Below, one piece after another: positions 9,702-20,627 of a DNA stretch of 64,000 nt. Location of the stretch: assembly GCA_040756235.1 (NCBI GenBank), contig JBFLZG010000062.1, positions 1 to 64,000 of the forward strand, given 5' to 3'. Below the pieces are notes generated by a model. It worked only from the letters and a program-made list of their open reading frames with translations, was not told the DNA's origin and did not search any database. Source of the stretch: a bacterium (lineage in GTDB: Bacteria; Desulfobacterota; DSWW01). The position numbers and the translations under genes were made by a program. Position 1 is the first letter of the stretch; each line of letters opens with the position of its first letter.

Positions 9702-10082
9702 ATGAGACTGTTTACGATGACCAAGACCGTGACCAAGAACCTGCTCGGCGGGCCCGCGACGCTCATGTATCCCAAGAGGAAGAGGGTTTTCACCGAGATC
9801 ACCAGAGGAAGCATAGAAAACGATATCGATACATGCATATTCTGCGGCATTTGTGCCAGACGATGTCCCACCTACGCTCTCACGGTCAGCAAGAATCCCA
9901 ACAAGGAGTGGGTGATCGACCGTCTCAAGTGCTGCATGTGCAATCTCTGTGTCGAGGTGTGTCCTGTGAAGTGTCTCTCGACTATGAATTGGTATTTCCC
10001 CCCTGTCAGAGGGAAGGAGATGGGGATCTTCAAGCGAATGCCCGCGGCCAAACAGCAAGAAGGAGGAAGAGTCGATGGCTAG
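9702..10082 (+). CDS. echF: Ech hydrogenase subunit F (2x[4Fe-4S])
   Basis: CIFCGICARRCP and CCMCNLCVEVCP. Confidence 0.9.
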   Translation: MRLFTMTKTVTKNLLGGPATLMYPKRKRVFTEITRGSIENDIDTCIFCGICARRCPTYALTVSKNPNKEWVIDRLKCCMCNLCVEVCPVKCLSTMNWYFPPVRGKEMGIFKRMPAAKQQEGGRVDG

Positions 10083-10269
10083 AAGGGTATACATCGATGC
10101 GCCCGAATGTGTCGCGTGCGGAACCTGTGTGGAGCTCTGCCCGGATGTCTTCCGCTTGGAAGAAGGCGCGGAGGCCGCGGAAGTGATCATGCCTACAGGT
10201 GGTCCTGAAGATAAGATCCAAGAGGCCATGGACGCCTGTCCCACCCAGTGCATCCATTGGGAGGTCTAG
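10075..10269 (+). CDS. Single-cluster ferredoxin
   Basis: 64 aa, acidic, CVACGTC...CP...ACPTQCI. Overlaps the end of echF. Confidence 0.9.
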   Translation: MARRVYIDAPECVACGTCVELCPDVFRLEEGAEAAEVIMPTGGPEDKIQEAMDACPTQCIHWEV

Positions 10270-10396
10270 CGACGTCCGCGTGGCCTTCGCAGGGTTGAAG
10301 TTCGATGACAGATCGTCCGGGCATGCGGCGGGCCTGGAGCCTGGCTCATCTGTCAGCAAATTCGGCAAGTCACGAAACTTCACACCGGAGGGTGCC

Positions 10397-11611
10397 GTGA
10401 AGATCGGGTCACGGAAGTTCAACAGGGGAGTTGTCGTCTGGTTCCTGGGGATCCTGGTCCTAGCCGGCTTCACGGGGTGTGGCAAGGAGGCCGAGCAGGC
10501 GGCGGCCCCGCCGGCGCCGGAGGTGGAGGTTGCCGAGGCGATCCAGAAGGACGTGCCGATCTACATGGAGTGGATCGGCACGGCCGACGGCTATGTCAAC
10601 GCCACGATCCGGGCGCAGGTCGCGGGGTACCTGATCCGGCAGAATTATACGGATGGCGACTTCGTCAAGAAGGGAACGCTTCTGTTCGAGATCGATCCGC
10701 GGACTTTCCAGGCGGCTGTGGAAATGGCGAAGGCCGAGCTCGCCCAGGCGGAGGCGCGTCATGCCACAGCGACGGCGAACCTGGCAAGGATCCGGCCGCT
10801 TGCTGAGCAGAATGCGGTCAGCAAGAAGGACCTGGACGACGCCGTCGGGATCGAGCAGTCGACCCGCGCTTCCGTGCTGGCGGCGAAGGCCGCCTTGGAC
10901 AAGGCCAAGCTGGAGCTTGGTTTCACCAAGATCACCTCGCCCATCGACGGGATCGCAGGCATTGCCACGGCACAGATCGGAAACCTGGTCGGTCCGGGAC
11001 AGAAGGAGGAGCTGAGCACGGTTTCCACCGTGGATCCCATCAAGATCTACATCCACCTCAGTGAACAGCAATACCTGAAGAGCAGCGGTGCTCTCGAGGA
11101 ACGGCAGGCCAGGGCCCGGCAGATTCCGCTTCAGCTGATCCTGGCCGACGGGAGTGTCTACCCCTATCCCGGGGCCTTCTCGATCGCAGATCGCCAGGTC
11201 GACCTGACCACCGGAACGATCCGGATCGCGGCTCTCTTTTCGAACCCGGGGAATGTCCTTCGACCCGGCCAGTACGGCAAGGTCAAGGCGGAAATCGCGG
11301 TGAAGAAGGATGCCCTGCTCGTGCCGCAGAGGGCCTTGACCGAAATGCAGGGGAGGTATCTCGTCGGGGTGGTGGGCGAGGACAACAAGGTCACGATCCG
11401 GCCCGTCAAGGCGGGCGAACAGGTCGGCAGCCTCCGGATCGTCGAGGAGGGGGTGAAGCCGGGACAGCGCGTGGTTGCCGAAGGCATTCAGAAAGTCAAG
11501 GAAGGGATGACCGTGAGCCCGAAGTCCTTTGCCGAAGGATCGGAAACAGCAGCTCCTTCACCGGAGGAGCCGGCGGGCAACACCGAGGCCGCGGAAGCCG
11601 AGAGGAGTTAG
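10397..11611 (+). CDS. RND efflux membrane-fusion lipoprotein (AcrA-like)
   Basis: GTG 10397 after GGAGG; lipobox-like FTGC; IRAQVAGYL, ITSPIDG and LRPGQY. Confidence 0.88.
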   Translation: MKIGSRKFNRGVVVWFLGILVLAGFTGCGKEAEQAAAPPAPEVEVAEAIQKDVPIYMEWIGTADGYVNATIRAQVAGYLIRQNYTDGDFVKKGTLLFEIDPRTFQAAVEMAKAELAQAEARHATATANLARIRPLAEQNAVSKKDLDDAVGIEQSTRASVLAAKAALDKAKLELGFTKITSPIDGIAGIATAQIGNLVGPGQKEELSTVSTVDPIKIYIHLSEQQYLKSSGALEERQARARQIPLQLILADGSVYPYPGAFSIADRQVDLTTGTIRIAALFSNPGNVLRPGQYGKVKAEIAVKKDALLVPQRALTEMQGRYLVGVVGEDNKVTIRPVKAGEQVGSLRIVEEGVKPGQRVVAEGIQKVKEGMTVSPKSFAEGSETAAPSPEEPAGNTEAAEAERS

Positions 11612-11617
11612 CAGGCG

Positions 11618-14600
11618 ATGGCAAAATTCTTCATCAACCGGCCGATCGTCGCCATCGTCATATCCATCATCTTCGTCATCGTGGGCATCGTAGCCACGCT
11701 GGGGCTGCCCATCGCCCAGTACCCCAACATCGTTCCGCCGGAGATCTTCATCAATACCTTCTATGTCGGTGCCGACGCTCAGACGGTCGAGCAGTCCGTG
11801 AGCACTCCCATCGAGCAGGAGATGAGCGGCGTCGACAACATGAACTACATGTACTCGCTGAACGCCAACAACGGCGAGTTGCGGTCCTATGTGAACTTCG
11901 ACGTCAAGACAGACCCCAACATCGACCAGGTGCTGGCCCAGATGCGCAAGAGCCAGGCGGACTCGAAGCTGCCAGCCGAGGTGCGCGACTATGGCGTCAC
12001 GGTCAAGAAGTCCACATCCGCCCCCCTCCTGGTGATCAACCTCTCCTCCCCCCACGGCACCTATGACGCCACCTTTCTGGCCAACTACGCCTACATCAAC
12101 CTGAACGACCAGCTCACGCGGGTGCCGGGTATCGCGAGCGTGACCGTTTTCGGCGCGGGGCAGTACGCCATGCGATTGTGGGTGAAACCGGACCAGCTGG
12201 CCAAGCTCAACATCACCGTGCCCGAGATCGTGGATGCGATCAAGAAGCAGAGCACGGTCAACCCTGCGGGGCAGGTCGGCGCCGAGCCCTCCCCTCCGGG
12301 GGTCGAGTTCACCTATGCCATCCGGGCACAGGGACGGCTGGAGAGCCCGGAGGAGTTCGCAGAGATCGTCGTACGTGCCAACCCGGACGGGTCCCTCGTG
12401 CGGCTCAGGGATGTGGGCCGGATCGAGCTGGGATCCCAAAATTACAGCATGGTGGGCCGGCTGAACGGGAAGCCGGCGGCGGTGCTAGGGTTGTACCAGC
12501 TTCCGGGAACCAACGCGATTGCTGCGGTGGACGGCGTGAAGAAACTCATGGAGGAGGTGAAAGCAACCTCGTTTCCGCCGGACCTGGATTACACGATCGC
12601 CCTGGACACGACCGAGTCCGTGCGCGAGGGGATCAAGGAGATCGTCAAGACGCTGGAGGAGGCGCTGATCCTGGTGATCATCGTCGTGTTCGTGTTTCTG
12701 CAAGGGTGGCGGGCCACGCTGATACCCGCTCTGGCCGTGCCGGTCTCCCTGGTGGGCACCTTCGCCTTGTTCCCCCTGCTCGGGTTTTCCATCAACACGA
12801 TCGCTTTGATGGGACTGGTGCTGGCGATCGGGCTCGTGGTGGATGACGCCATCGTGGTGGTGGAGGCGGTGGAGCACCACATCGAGCACGGCCTCAGCCC
12901 CAAGGAGGCGACCTTGAAGGCCATGGAGGAAGTTTCCGGGCCGGTCGTCGCCATCGCCCTGGTCCTCTCCGCCGTTTTCGTGCCCACGGTCTTCATACCG
13001 GGAATCACCGGGAAAATGTACCAGCAGTTCGCGGTAACCATCGCCATTTCGGTGATCATCTCGGCGTTCAACGCCCTCACGCTCAGCCCGGCCCTGTCGG
13101 CTCTGATCCTCAGGCCCAGGAAGAAGGCGCGCGGTCCGCTTGGCGCTTTCTACCGCGGCTTCAACAACCTCTTCGGGAGAGCCACCAACGGCTACGTCAA
13201 GGTCTGCGGGTTCGCCATCCGCAAGTTCGTGGTGAGCCTCATGCTGCTTGCCGTCATGAGCGCCGGAATCGGCGTGATCGGAAAGAGGGTCCCCGGAGGG
13301 TTTCTGCCGGAGGAGGACCAGGGGTATCTCTACGCCGGCATCCAGCTTCCGGATGCCGCCTCCCTGCAGCGAACGGACCGTGCCGCCCAGGGGGTCGAAA
13401 AGGCCGTGATGGAAACGCCCGGGGTCGAGTATTGCACCACGGTCGTGGGGTACAGCCTGCTTTCGGGCGTGACCAACACCTACAGTGCTTTCTTCTTCAT
13501 CACCTTGAAGCCATGGCACGAACGCCACGCGCCCGAGGAGCAGTACGGGGCGATCATGGCCAATATCAACAGGCGATTGACCCAGCTGCCCCAGGGGGTG
13601 GCCTTTGCGTTTTCACCGCCGGCCATCCAGGGGATCGGCACTTCCGGAGGCGTGACATTCGTGTTGGAAGACCGCTCTGGAAAGGACATCTCTTTTCTGT
13701 GGGACAACACCCGGAAGCTCATGGAGGAGGCGCGCAAGCGGCCGGAGATTGCCCGGGTCACCACCACGTTCCTGCCCACGGTTCCGCAGCTGTTCGTCGA
13801 CGTCGACCGCGACAAGGTGCTCAAACAAGGGGTGGACTTGGGGCAGGTGTACCGGACCCTGCAGACCTTCATGGGAGGCTACTTCGTCAACTACTTCAAC
13901 CGGTTCGGGAGGCAGTGGCAGGTGTACGTGCAGGCCGAGGGGGATTACCGCACCCAGGCGCAACAACTCGGCCAGTTCTACATCCGGAACGCTGCCGGAG
14001 GAACGGTTCCGTTGTCCGCGGTGACGTCGATCGAGTCGCGGACCGGACCCGAGTTCACCATGCGTTACAACCTGTACCGTTCCGCGCAGATCAACGCGGT
14101 GGCCAGCCCCGGGTACAGCAGCATGCAGGCCATGAAGGCGCTGGAGGAGGTGTTCGCACAGAGCATGCCGGTGGGGATGGGCTATGACTACCTCGGCATG
14201 AGTTTCCAGGAGAAGAAGGCCCAGGAAGGGGTGCCGGTGTCGGCGATCTTCGGGCTGTCGATGCTCTTCGTCTTCCTGATCCTGGCAGCTCAGTACGAGA
14301 GCTGGTCGCTGCCGTTCAGCGTTCTTCTCGGCACGCCTGTCGCCGTGCTCGGGGCCTTTGCCGCCATCTACCTCAGCGGCCTGGAATTCAATCTCTATGC
14401 CCAGATCGGCCTGATCATGCTCATCGGACTGGCGGCCAAGAACGCGATTCTCATCGTCGAGTTCGCGAAAGTCGAGTTTGAAAAGGGCAGATCGATCGTG
14501 GACGCGGCCCTCGAGGGCGCCCGGCTCCGTCTGCGGCCGATCCTGATGACGAGCTTCGCCTTCATATTGGGATGCGTGCCCCTTGCCCTGGCTACAGGCT

Positions 14601-14833
14601 CCGGAGCCGTCGCCCGGCGGGTGATGGGGATCGCGGTCATCGGCGGTATGCTGGCCGCAAGCTTCATCGCGATCTTTCTGATCCCGGTCACGTTCTTTGT
14701 CGTTGAGAAGCTCGCACACCGCGGCGCACCGGAAAGGGCTCCTCGGACGGAAAGCGACGCTTTCATCACTCAGCCGGCCCTTGTCCATCACGGCGCAGCG
14801 GATGGGGCTCCGCAGAAAGGAGGGGGCAACTGA
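11618..14833 (+). CDS. RND efflux permease (HAE1, AcrB-like)
   Basis: FFINRPI start, [22 protein letters not shown] and RLRPILMTS; 1071 aa. Confidence 0.95.
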   Translation: MAKFFINRPIVAIVISIIFVIVGIVATLGLPIAQYPNIVPPEIFINTFYVGADAQTVEQSVSTPIEQEMSGVDNMNYMYSLNANNGELRSYVNFDVKTDPNIDQVLAQMRKSQADSKLPAEVRDYGVTVKKSTSAPLLVINLSSPHGTYDATFLANYAYINLNDQLTRVPGIASVTVFGAGQYAMRLWVKPDQLAKLNITVPEIVDAIKKQSTVNPAGQVGAEPSPPGVEFTYAIRAQGRLESPEEFAEIVVRANPDGSLVRLRDVGRIELGSQNYSMVGRLNGKPAAVLGLYQLPGTNAIAAVDGVKKLMEEVKATSFPPDLDYTIALDTTESVREGIKEIVKTLEEALILVIIVVFVFLQGWRATLIPALAVPVSLVGTFALFPLLGFSINTIALMGLVLAIGLVVDDAIVVVEAVEHHIEHGLSPKEATLKAMEEVSGPVVAIALVLSAVFVPTVFIPGITGKMYQQFAVTIAISVIISAFNALTLSPALSALILRPRKKARGPLGAFYRGFNNLFGRATNGYVKVCGFAIRKFVVSLMLLAVMSAGIGVIGKRVPGGFLPEEDQGYLYAGIQLPDAASLQRTDRAAQGVEKAVMETPGVEYCTTVVGYSLLSGVTNTYSAFFFITLKPWHERHAPEEQYGAIMANINRRLTQLPQGVAFAFSPPAIQGIGTSGGVTFVLEDRSGKDISFLWDNTRKLMEEARKRPEIARVTTTFLPTVPQLFVDVDRDKVLKQGVDLGQVYRTLQTFMGGYFVNYFNRFGRQWQVYVQAEGDYRTQAQQLGQFYIRNAAGGTVPLSAVTSIESRTGPEFTMRYNLYRSAQINAVASPGYSSMQAMKALEEVFAQSMPVGMGYDYLGMSFQEKKAQEGVPVSAIFGLSMLFVFLILAAQYESWSLPFSVLLGTPVAVLGAFAAIYLSGLEFNLYAQIGLIMLIGLAAKNAILIVEFAKVEFEKGRSIVDAALEGARLRLRPILMTSFAFILGCVPLALATGSGAVARRVMGIAVIGGMLAASFIAIFLIPVTFFVVEKLAHRGAPERAPRTESDAFITQPALVHHGAADGAPQKGGGN

Positions 14834-14834
14834 G

Positions 14835-16247
14835 ATGAGGAGAGTCTGTCTCTGGGCAGCTTTGCTCACGGCTCTGTCGGGCTGTGCAATCGGTCCGGAC
14901 TACGAGCGCCCTGCCGTCGACACGCCGCCGTCCTGGCGCGTGGAAGAGCCGGAAGCCAGGGAGCTGGCAAACACCGCATGGTGGGAGCAGTTCGGCGATC
15001 CGGTCCTGAATGAGCTGATTCAGACCGCGCTCAAAGAAAACAAGGACCTCAAGATCGCGGCGGCCCGCATCGAGGAGTTTTACGGACGGTATGTCGTCAC
15101 ACGGGCCGCCATGTTTCCCCAGATCGGTGCGGGCGCCACCGGCGGGAGGGAGCGGCTCTCCGAGCAAGGGGCGGTGCCCGTCGCCCCCGGGGTCCACAAT
15201 CCGGGGTCGTTCTGGGAGCTGTTCCTGAGCGGGAGCTGGGAAATCGACGTGTGGGGGCGTCTGCGGAGGGCGACCGAGGCGGCCAAAGCCAGTCTTCTCG
15301 CCACCGAGGAGGGACGCAGGACCGTGATTCTCACCCTGGTGTCGTCTGTGGCCGGCTCCTACGTGAACCTGCGCAGCCTGGACCGGCAGCTCGAGATCGC
15401 CGAGAAGACCGCCAAGGCTCGCGAGGGGTCCTACGATCTCTTCAAGCGGCGCTTCGAGGGCGGAACCATTTCGGAGCTGGAGCTCAGCCAGGTCAAGTCT
15501 CTTTACGAGCAGGCGCTTGCCAGCATCCCTCCCTTGCAGAAGCTGATTGCACAGCAGGAGAACGCCTTGAGCGTCTTGCTGGGACGGAACCCGGGCCCGG
15601 TTCCGCGCGGCAAGACGATCGATGAGCTGACCCTGCCTGCCGTCCCTGCCGGTCTGCCGTCGGAGCTGCTGGAGCGGCGGCCGGACCTCCGCCAGGCGGA
15701 AGAGTTTCTCGTTGCCGCGAACGCCCAGATCGGCGTGGCGCGGGCCGCCTACTTCCCCGCCATCTCCCTGACCGGGCTTTTCGGCTGGTCCAGCAGAGAG
15801 CTGTCGGATCTCTTCACCGGACCGGCCAAGACCTGGAGCTGGGCCGTTCCCATCGCGCAACCGGTCTTCACGGCAGGCGCCATTTCAGGACAGGTCAAAG
15901 CGGCCGTGGCGATCCAGCAGGAGGCCCTGGTGGGGTATCAGCAGGTCATCCAGGCCGCCTTCCGCGAGGTCGAGGATGCGCTTGTCGACCAGAGACGCAG
16001 CCGGGAACAGCTCGAAGCACAAACCCGGGAGGTGGAAGCCCTGGCCCAGACCGTTCATTTCGCCCGGGTGCGGTTCGACAACGGATATACGAGCTTCATC
16101 GAGGTGCTCGACGCCGAGCGCAGCCTCTTTGAGACCGATCTCGCCCGCATTCAAACGAAAGGCATTCTCTTCCAGTCCCTGGTGAATTGTTACAAGTCGA
16201 TGGGCGGCGGCTGGGTGGTGGAGGCGGAGGGCCTTGCGGCGAACTGA
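14835..16247 (+). CDS. Outer-membrane efflux lipoprotein (OprM/NodT family)
   Basis: ATG 14835; lipobox LSGC; WEIDVWG, PSELLERRPD and terminal GGGW. Confidence 0.92.
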   Translation: MRRVCLWAALLTALSGCAIGPDYERPAVDTPPSWRVEEPEARELANTAWWEQFGDPVLNELIQTALKENKDLKIAAARIEEFYGRYVVTRAAMFPQIGAGATGGRERLSEQGAVPVAPGVHNPGSFWELFLSGSWEIDVWGRLRRATEAAKASLLATEEGRRTVILTLVSSVAGSYVNLRSLDRQLEIAEKTAKAREGSYDLFKRRFEGGTISELELSQVKSLYEQALASIPPLQKLIAQQENALSVLLGRNPGPVPRGKTIDELTLPAVPAGLPSELLERRPDLRQAEEFLVAANAQIGVARAAYFPAISLTGLFGWSSRELSDLFTGPAKTWSWAVPIAQPVFTAGAISGQVKAAVAIQQEALVGYQQVIQAAFREVEDALVDQRRSREQLEAQTREVEALAQTVHFARVRFDNGYTSFIEVLDAERSLFETDLARIQTKGILFQSLVNCYKSMGGGWVVEAEGLAAN

Positions 16248-16433
16248 ACCGCTGCGGTCCATTCGGGCGCGCGGGTGTCTGTTCCTGCAATTCTGCATAG
16301 CGAGAGCCGATGGGCTTGGCCATGGCGGCTTGGCCTGAAGGCAGAGGTGCGTATGCCTTGGCGCAAGAGCCGCAGGGGTTTCAAGAGAGCCGCGGAAACG
16401 TTCCTGTCGGTGCGAAACCAATCGATCGGCGAC

Positions 16434-19400
16434 ATGAATCGACGCCCAGGCCGGGGTCATACCGCCGGGTCTGTCAGGGACGTCGTGCTCCTCCCCGTCT
16501 CCAGAGCTCCGGATTCCTTATCGGCAGCGAAGAAGCTGTTGGTTGCCGTCTTGCTGGGCGTTTTCTGGGGCGGGCTTGCGCAGGGTGTCGATCCGGCGAT
16601 CCAAGAGGAAGCCGCGGCCCCGACGCTTGAGGACATCTCCCGCCAGCTGGATGATCGGCTGCAACAAGTCACGAGGGTCCGGGATCTTCTGGCGACGTTC
16701 GTCCGAGGGGAGCTGATCGACGTGCCGGTTGAAGCCCTTTTCATCCTGGACCTTGCGGACGAGGACGCCGTGCAGCTGCGTGTGAGCGATCTCAAGCGCC
16801 TCCAGAGAGATCCCGACAGAGGATCCGCCGAGAAAGCCGCCCTGCTGGCACAGAGCGCCGCTTCCGACCCGGGGGTGGCGATGAAGGTGGAGGAGCTGTC
16901 GGCGCTCGATCGGGAGATCAGCGGGCTTCGGCTCAAGTTTCTCTCTCTCCCTCGGGACCGGCGGGAGGCGCTGCTGCGGGCGCAGAGGACCGGCCGGGAG
17001 CAGTCGGAGCTGGGCAAAACGCTTGCGGTGGAGCGAACTTCCGGGCAGACCCAGCGTGATGAGGCGGCCGTCGCGCTCGATGCGGCTCAAAGGCTGGCCC
17101 AGCTCTCTCCGGATCCCAACATCCGGGAGCTCGCGTCCCGGCAGATGCTCGTCGAGAGTGTTCAGCTGGAGCTTGCCGACCTCAAGATCCGATGGAGCGC
17201 CGGATACGAGGATCGCAATCGGTTCTATCAGGAGATTGCGGGCAGGCTGTCCGTGCTGGCAGCAGGGCCGGGATCTTCCGAAACGCAGGAGCCGACCTCA
17301 AATGGCTACATCGAGGCGAGCCGAATCTGGCGGACCCTCGTCAGCAGGACTTTTGCTCAGGCTGCCGAATTCACGCGGATGCCGAGAATTCCCGACCTCC
17401 CTGCATACCCGGAGCAACTGCTGAAGCGTTTGGAGGGGATCCCTCAGGCCTCCTCCTACCGGCTTGCCTACCAGGATCTGATCAAGAACAGAGAGGCCCT
17501 TTCAGGTCTCCGCATTCAGTACATGAACGCGCTGAGGGAGAGTCTCTATCGGCTCCTTCTGCAGTCAGCGGACCTTCGCTCCTCTTTCGTGAGAGCGGCT
17601 GTGCGCCAAGGGGATTACCCGATCCTCAGGCAGCCGGCCGAGTACTTTTCGGACCTTCTGAGGGAGCTCCGGATCGTGCCGTACATGTGGGTGGCGACCG
17701 CTTCGATGGGGCTCTTCTCTCTCCAGGAAAAGATCACCCTGGGGGTGAAGGGCATCCTGGATCTCGTCGCAGGCTTTCTCCTGTTCATCGCCGTCGCAGC
17801 GGTTCCCTTCCTGTTCCGCTCCCTCGCCGCGCCCGTGCACAGGGTCCTGGCCTGGAGCCAGGACGCCCTGATGTCTGCTCGATACCGGCTGCTCCTTGCC
17901 GACAGGCTCGCCGTCGCGCTCCAGCTGCTCCGTCCCTATGTGTCCTGGATCGTGGCCCTCTGCGGCATCTGGACCGCAGGAAGGCTGGCGGAGGGTGCGG
18001 GCCTGAAAGGGCTCCTCCACCTGCTGCCCTACGCCAATTATTACGTCGGGTACAGGATGTTCCGGATCTTTCTCACCTCCACTTTCACGGTGCGCGCGTT
18101 CTCGGGTGACGCACATGCCCAGGCTCTGGAGAGCGATAAGGTTCGGCGCACCGTGAGGCGGCTCGGCATTTCTTTTTTCCTCGCGCTTGCCTTTCTGCAC
18201 GCGGTCGAGATCGCAGTCGGAAAGGCCCTGGTGTACAGGTTGATCCGGACTGCCTTGATCCTGGGAGCGGCTTGCGTGGCGGCCGTGGCCGTACGGCAGC
18301 GGCGGGACAAGATCAAGGGGCGCGCCGAGCAGGTGCTGCCCCGGAGTCTCGGACTCAGGATCGCGAGGCTCTGTTCGGGACGTCTGTCCGTGGTCTGGAG
18401 TCTGCTCACGCTGGTGCTGCTGGTTCTGGTCTCGGTCGCGGCACGGTTGGCCGCTTTCTCTGTCCGTTTCGACCTGTTCAAGCGGGTGCAGGCAGAGCTG
18501 TTCCGCAGACGCCTCGAGACGGGCGGAAAAGAACTCAAGGAAGCTGCGCGTGACCATGACCTCGACGGGCGGGTGCCGGAGGAATATCTGCGCTGGTTCG
18601 ACCTGTATTTGCCTCCTGAGGAGTCCAGTTGCATCACGGGAAAATCCCGGATCCTGAGAGCCGTCGCCGTGCTGGTCCGAGACTGGGCAGAGGGAAGGAC
18701 GGACGAACGCTCCCTGGCCCTGTACGGGGAAAAAGGGATCGGCAAATCAACGCTTCTGGGCAGGCTGGGAAGGGAGCTCACGGACCTGCAGGTGCTGTCT
18801 CTGAGTCTTCCGCCGAAGCTTTGTTCCAGAGAGCAGGTGCTGCGCTTCTTCGAAGAGAAACTGGGCACGGATCTGGCCAATGGCGGCCGAGACATTCTGC
18901 GGGGCGACGCCGAGCGGCCCAAGACCGTCATTCTGCTCGACGATGCGCACAACCTCTTTTTGGCCCAACTCGGGGGGTTCGAGGGGTATCGTACTTTTCA
19001 AGAGTTGACCGGCACGAGGACGCGGAATCTGTTCTGGTGTGCTGCCTTCAACCGACATCCCTGGATCTACCTGCAGGGCGCTCTGGGGCAGGACCTTGGT
19101 TTCCGGAGCAGCTTTGCCGTGCCTCCCTGGTCCGACGAGGAAATCCGGGATCTCATCATGAGCCGGCACCGCCGGACCTCCTACAGGCTCTCTTACGAGT
19201 CGGTCATCCGGGCGACCCAGGGACAGGGCGATGCGGAAATCCCCGAGTCGATCGAGGTCCAGTTTTCACGGCTTCTGTGGGGCCAGTCCCGGGGAAACCC
19301 CCGTACGGCCATGGCGCTGTGGGTGTCCTCGTTGACCCCGCTCGGCGGCCACGCGCTGCGGGTCCGGGTGCCGAAACCGTTCCAGGCGAGAGACCTGGAG

Positions 19401-19637
19401 TCCGCCAGCGACGATCTCATGTTCGTGTACGCGTCCGTCGTGATCCATGAAAACCTGACGACGGAGGAGGCGATTGCCGCAACGAATCTGCCGGAAGCGA
19501 CCGTCCGCCATGCCATCTCGATCGGCATGGAAAAATCCGTCCTCTCTGCGGGGCAGGACCGGCGCTATCGGGTAACCCCCGTGGCGCAGCCCGTCCTCAC
19601 CCGGATCCTCGCGACGAGGAACTTCCTCTATGAATGA
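16434..19637 (+). CDS. Large membrane protein with C-terminal P-loop NTPase (AAA-like) domain; start uncertain (16275 to ~16490)
   Basis: Signal-like segment KKLLVAVLLGVFWGGLAQG, long helical region, several TM segments, Walker A GEKGIGKS and Walker B ILLDDAH. Stop overlaps the next gene. Confidence 0.75.
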   Translation: MNRRPGRGHTAGSVRDVVLLPVSRAPDSLSAAKKLLVAVLLGVFWGGLAQGVDPAIQEEAAAPTLEDISRQLDDRLQQVTRVRDLLATFVRGELIDVPVEALFILDLADEDAVQLRVSDLKRLQRDPDRGSAEKAALLAQSAASDPGVAMKVEELSALDREISGLRLKFLSLPRDRREALLRAQRTGREQSELGKTLAVERTSGQTQRDEAAVALDAAQRLAQLSPDPNIRELASRQMLVESVQLELADLKIRWSAGYEDRNRFYQEIAGRLSVLAAGPGSSETQEPTSNGYIEASRIWRTLVSRTFAQAAEFTRMPRIPDLPAYPEQLLKRLEGIPQASSYRLAYQDLIKNREALSGLRIQYMNALRESLYRLLLQSADLRSSFVRAAVRQGDYPILRQPAEYFSDLLRELRIVPYMWVATASMGLFSLQEKITLGVKGILDLVAGFLLFIAVAAVPFLFRSLAAPVHRVLAWSQDALMSARYRLLLADRLAVALQLLRPYVSWIVALCGIWTAGRLAEGAGLKGLLHLLPYANYYVGYRMFRIFLTSTFTVRAFSGDAHAQALESDKVRRTVRRLGISFFLALAFLHAVEIAVGKALVYRLIRTALILGAACVAAVAVRQRRDKIKGRAEQVLPRSLGLRIARLCSGRLSVVWSLLTLVLLVLVSVAARLAAFSVRFDLFKRVQAELFRRRLETGGKELKEAARDHDLDGRVPEEYLRWFDLYLPPEESSCITGKSRILRAVAVLVRDWAEGRTDERSLALYGEKGIGKSTLLGRLGRELTDLQVLSLSLPPKLCSREQVLRFFEEKLGTDLANGGRDILRGDAERPKTVILLDDAHNLFLAQLGGFEGYRTFQELTGTRTRNLFWCAAFNRHPWIYLQGALGQDLGFRSSFAVPPWSDEEIRDLIMSRHRRTSYRLSYESVIRATQGQGDAEIPESIEVQFSRLLWGQSRGNPRTAMALWVSSLTPLGGHALRVRVPKPFQARDLESASDDLMFVYASVVIHENLTTEEAIAATNLPEATVRHAISIGMEKSVLSAGQDRRYRVTPVAQPVLTRILATRNFLYE

Positions 19638-20568
19638 AGCGGGTCAGACCCAGGTGGCCGAGATGCTCAAGCTGTTCCAGTTCGAGCGTCTCATCCTGAT
19701 GATCGGCGGAATCGTTCTCCTCGTCCTGGTGACGCGGGCCATCCGCAAGGTGACCGAAGGCCTCTACCGGAAGAGCCCGTCCAGGCGTCTCCTGGTCTCC
19801 CAGGCAGTGGCAGCCTCCAGCTTCTTTATCTACATCTTTGGCGTGACCTTCCTGGTCTACGCCGTCATCCGTCCCCCCAGGGAAGTCGTGCTGGCGGTCC
19901 TGGGGAGCGCGGCCGTGGCCATCGGCCTGTCTCTCAAGGATCTGGTCGCGTCGGTGGTCGCGGGCTTGATCCTCCTTTTCGACCGGCCGTTCCAGGTGGG
20001 TGACCGGGTTCAGTTCGAAAGCGTGTACGGCGAGATCAAGAGCATCGGCCTGCGGGCGGTGAGGCTGGTAACCCTGGATGACAGCACGGTGACCATTCCC
20101 AACAGCCGGTTCCTGACGGAGGCGGTCTCCTCGGCGAACTCAGGGGCCCTGGACATGATGGTCGTCATGTCCTTCCACGTTGCCATCGACGCGGACGTCC
20201 GCCTGGCTCGAGATCTTCTGTATGAAACCCTGGTGACGAGCCGTTACGTCTATCTCAAGAAGCCGGTCACGATCACGGTCACGGAAGTGGCCGTTGCGCA
20301 GCGTCTCGCCCTGCAACTGAAGGCCAGAGCTTACGTGCTGGATGTTCGTTTCGAATTGCCTTTCATCAATGACGTCTTCCTGAGAGCCACGGAAGCGTTC
20401 GAGCAACACGGAATCAAACGTCCCCTGCTGCTCGAGTTCGAGAAGCTGCAGGGTTTGCCGGGTGCGTTCGAGCCAAGAGGGTCCCGGATACCCGAGGGTC
20501 TCCCGCTCGCTGACTCTGGGGATCCGGCACGCACGCAGCAGACCTCGACCAGGGCGAGCGTAACCTGA
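19630..20568 (+). CDS. MscS-family mechanosensitive channel
   Basis: Three TM segments, then [27 protein letters not shown] and TIPNS. Confidence 0.9.
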   Translation: MNEAGQTQVAEMLKLFQFERLILMIGGIVLLVLVTRAIRKVTEGLYRKSPSRRLLVSQAVAASSFFIYIFGVTFLVYAVIRPPREVVLAVLGSAAVAIGLSLKDLVASVVAGLILLFDRPFQVGDRVQFESVYGEIKSIGLRAVRLVTLDDSTVTIPNSRFLTEAVSSANSGALDMMVVMSFHVAIDADVRLARDLLYETLVTSRYVYLKKPVTITVTEVAVAQRLALQLKARAYVLDVRFELPFINDVFLRATEAFEQHGIKRPLLLEFEKLQGLPGAFEPRGSRIPEGLPLADSGDPARTQQTSTRASVT

Positions 20569-20627
20569 GGGACGAGAATCGGCGTGAGTCGCGAGGTTCG
20601 TCGCGCTCCGCCCATAAGGAGATACAG

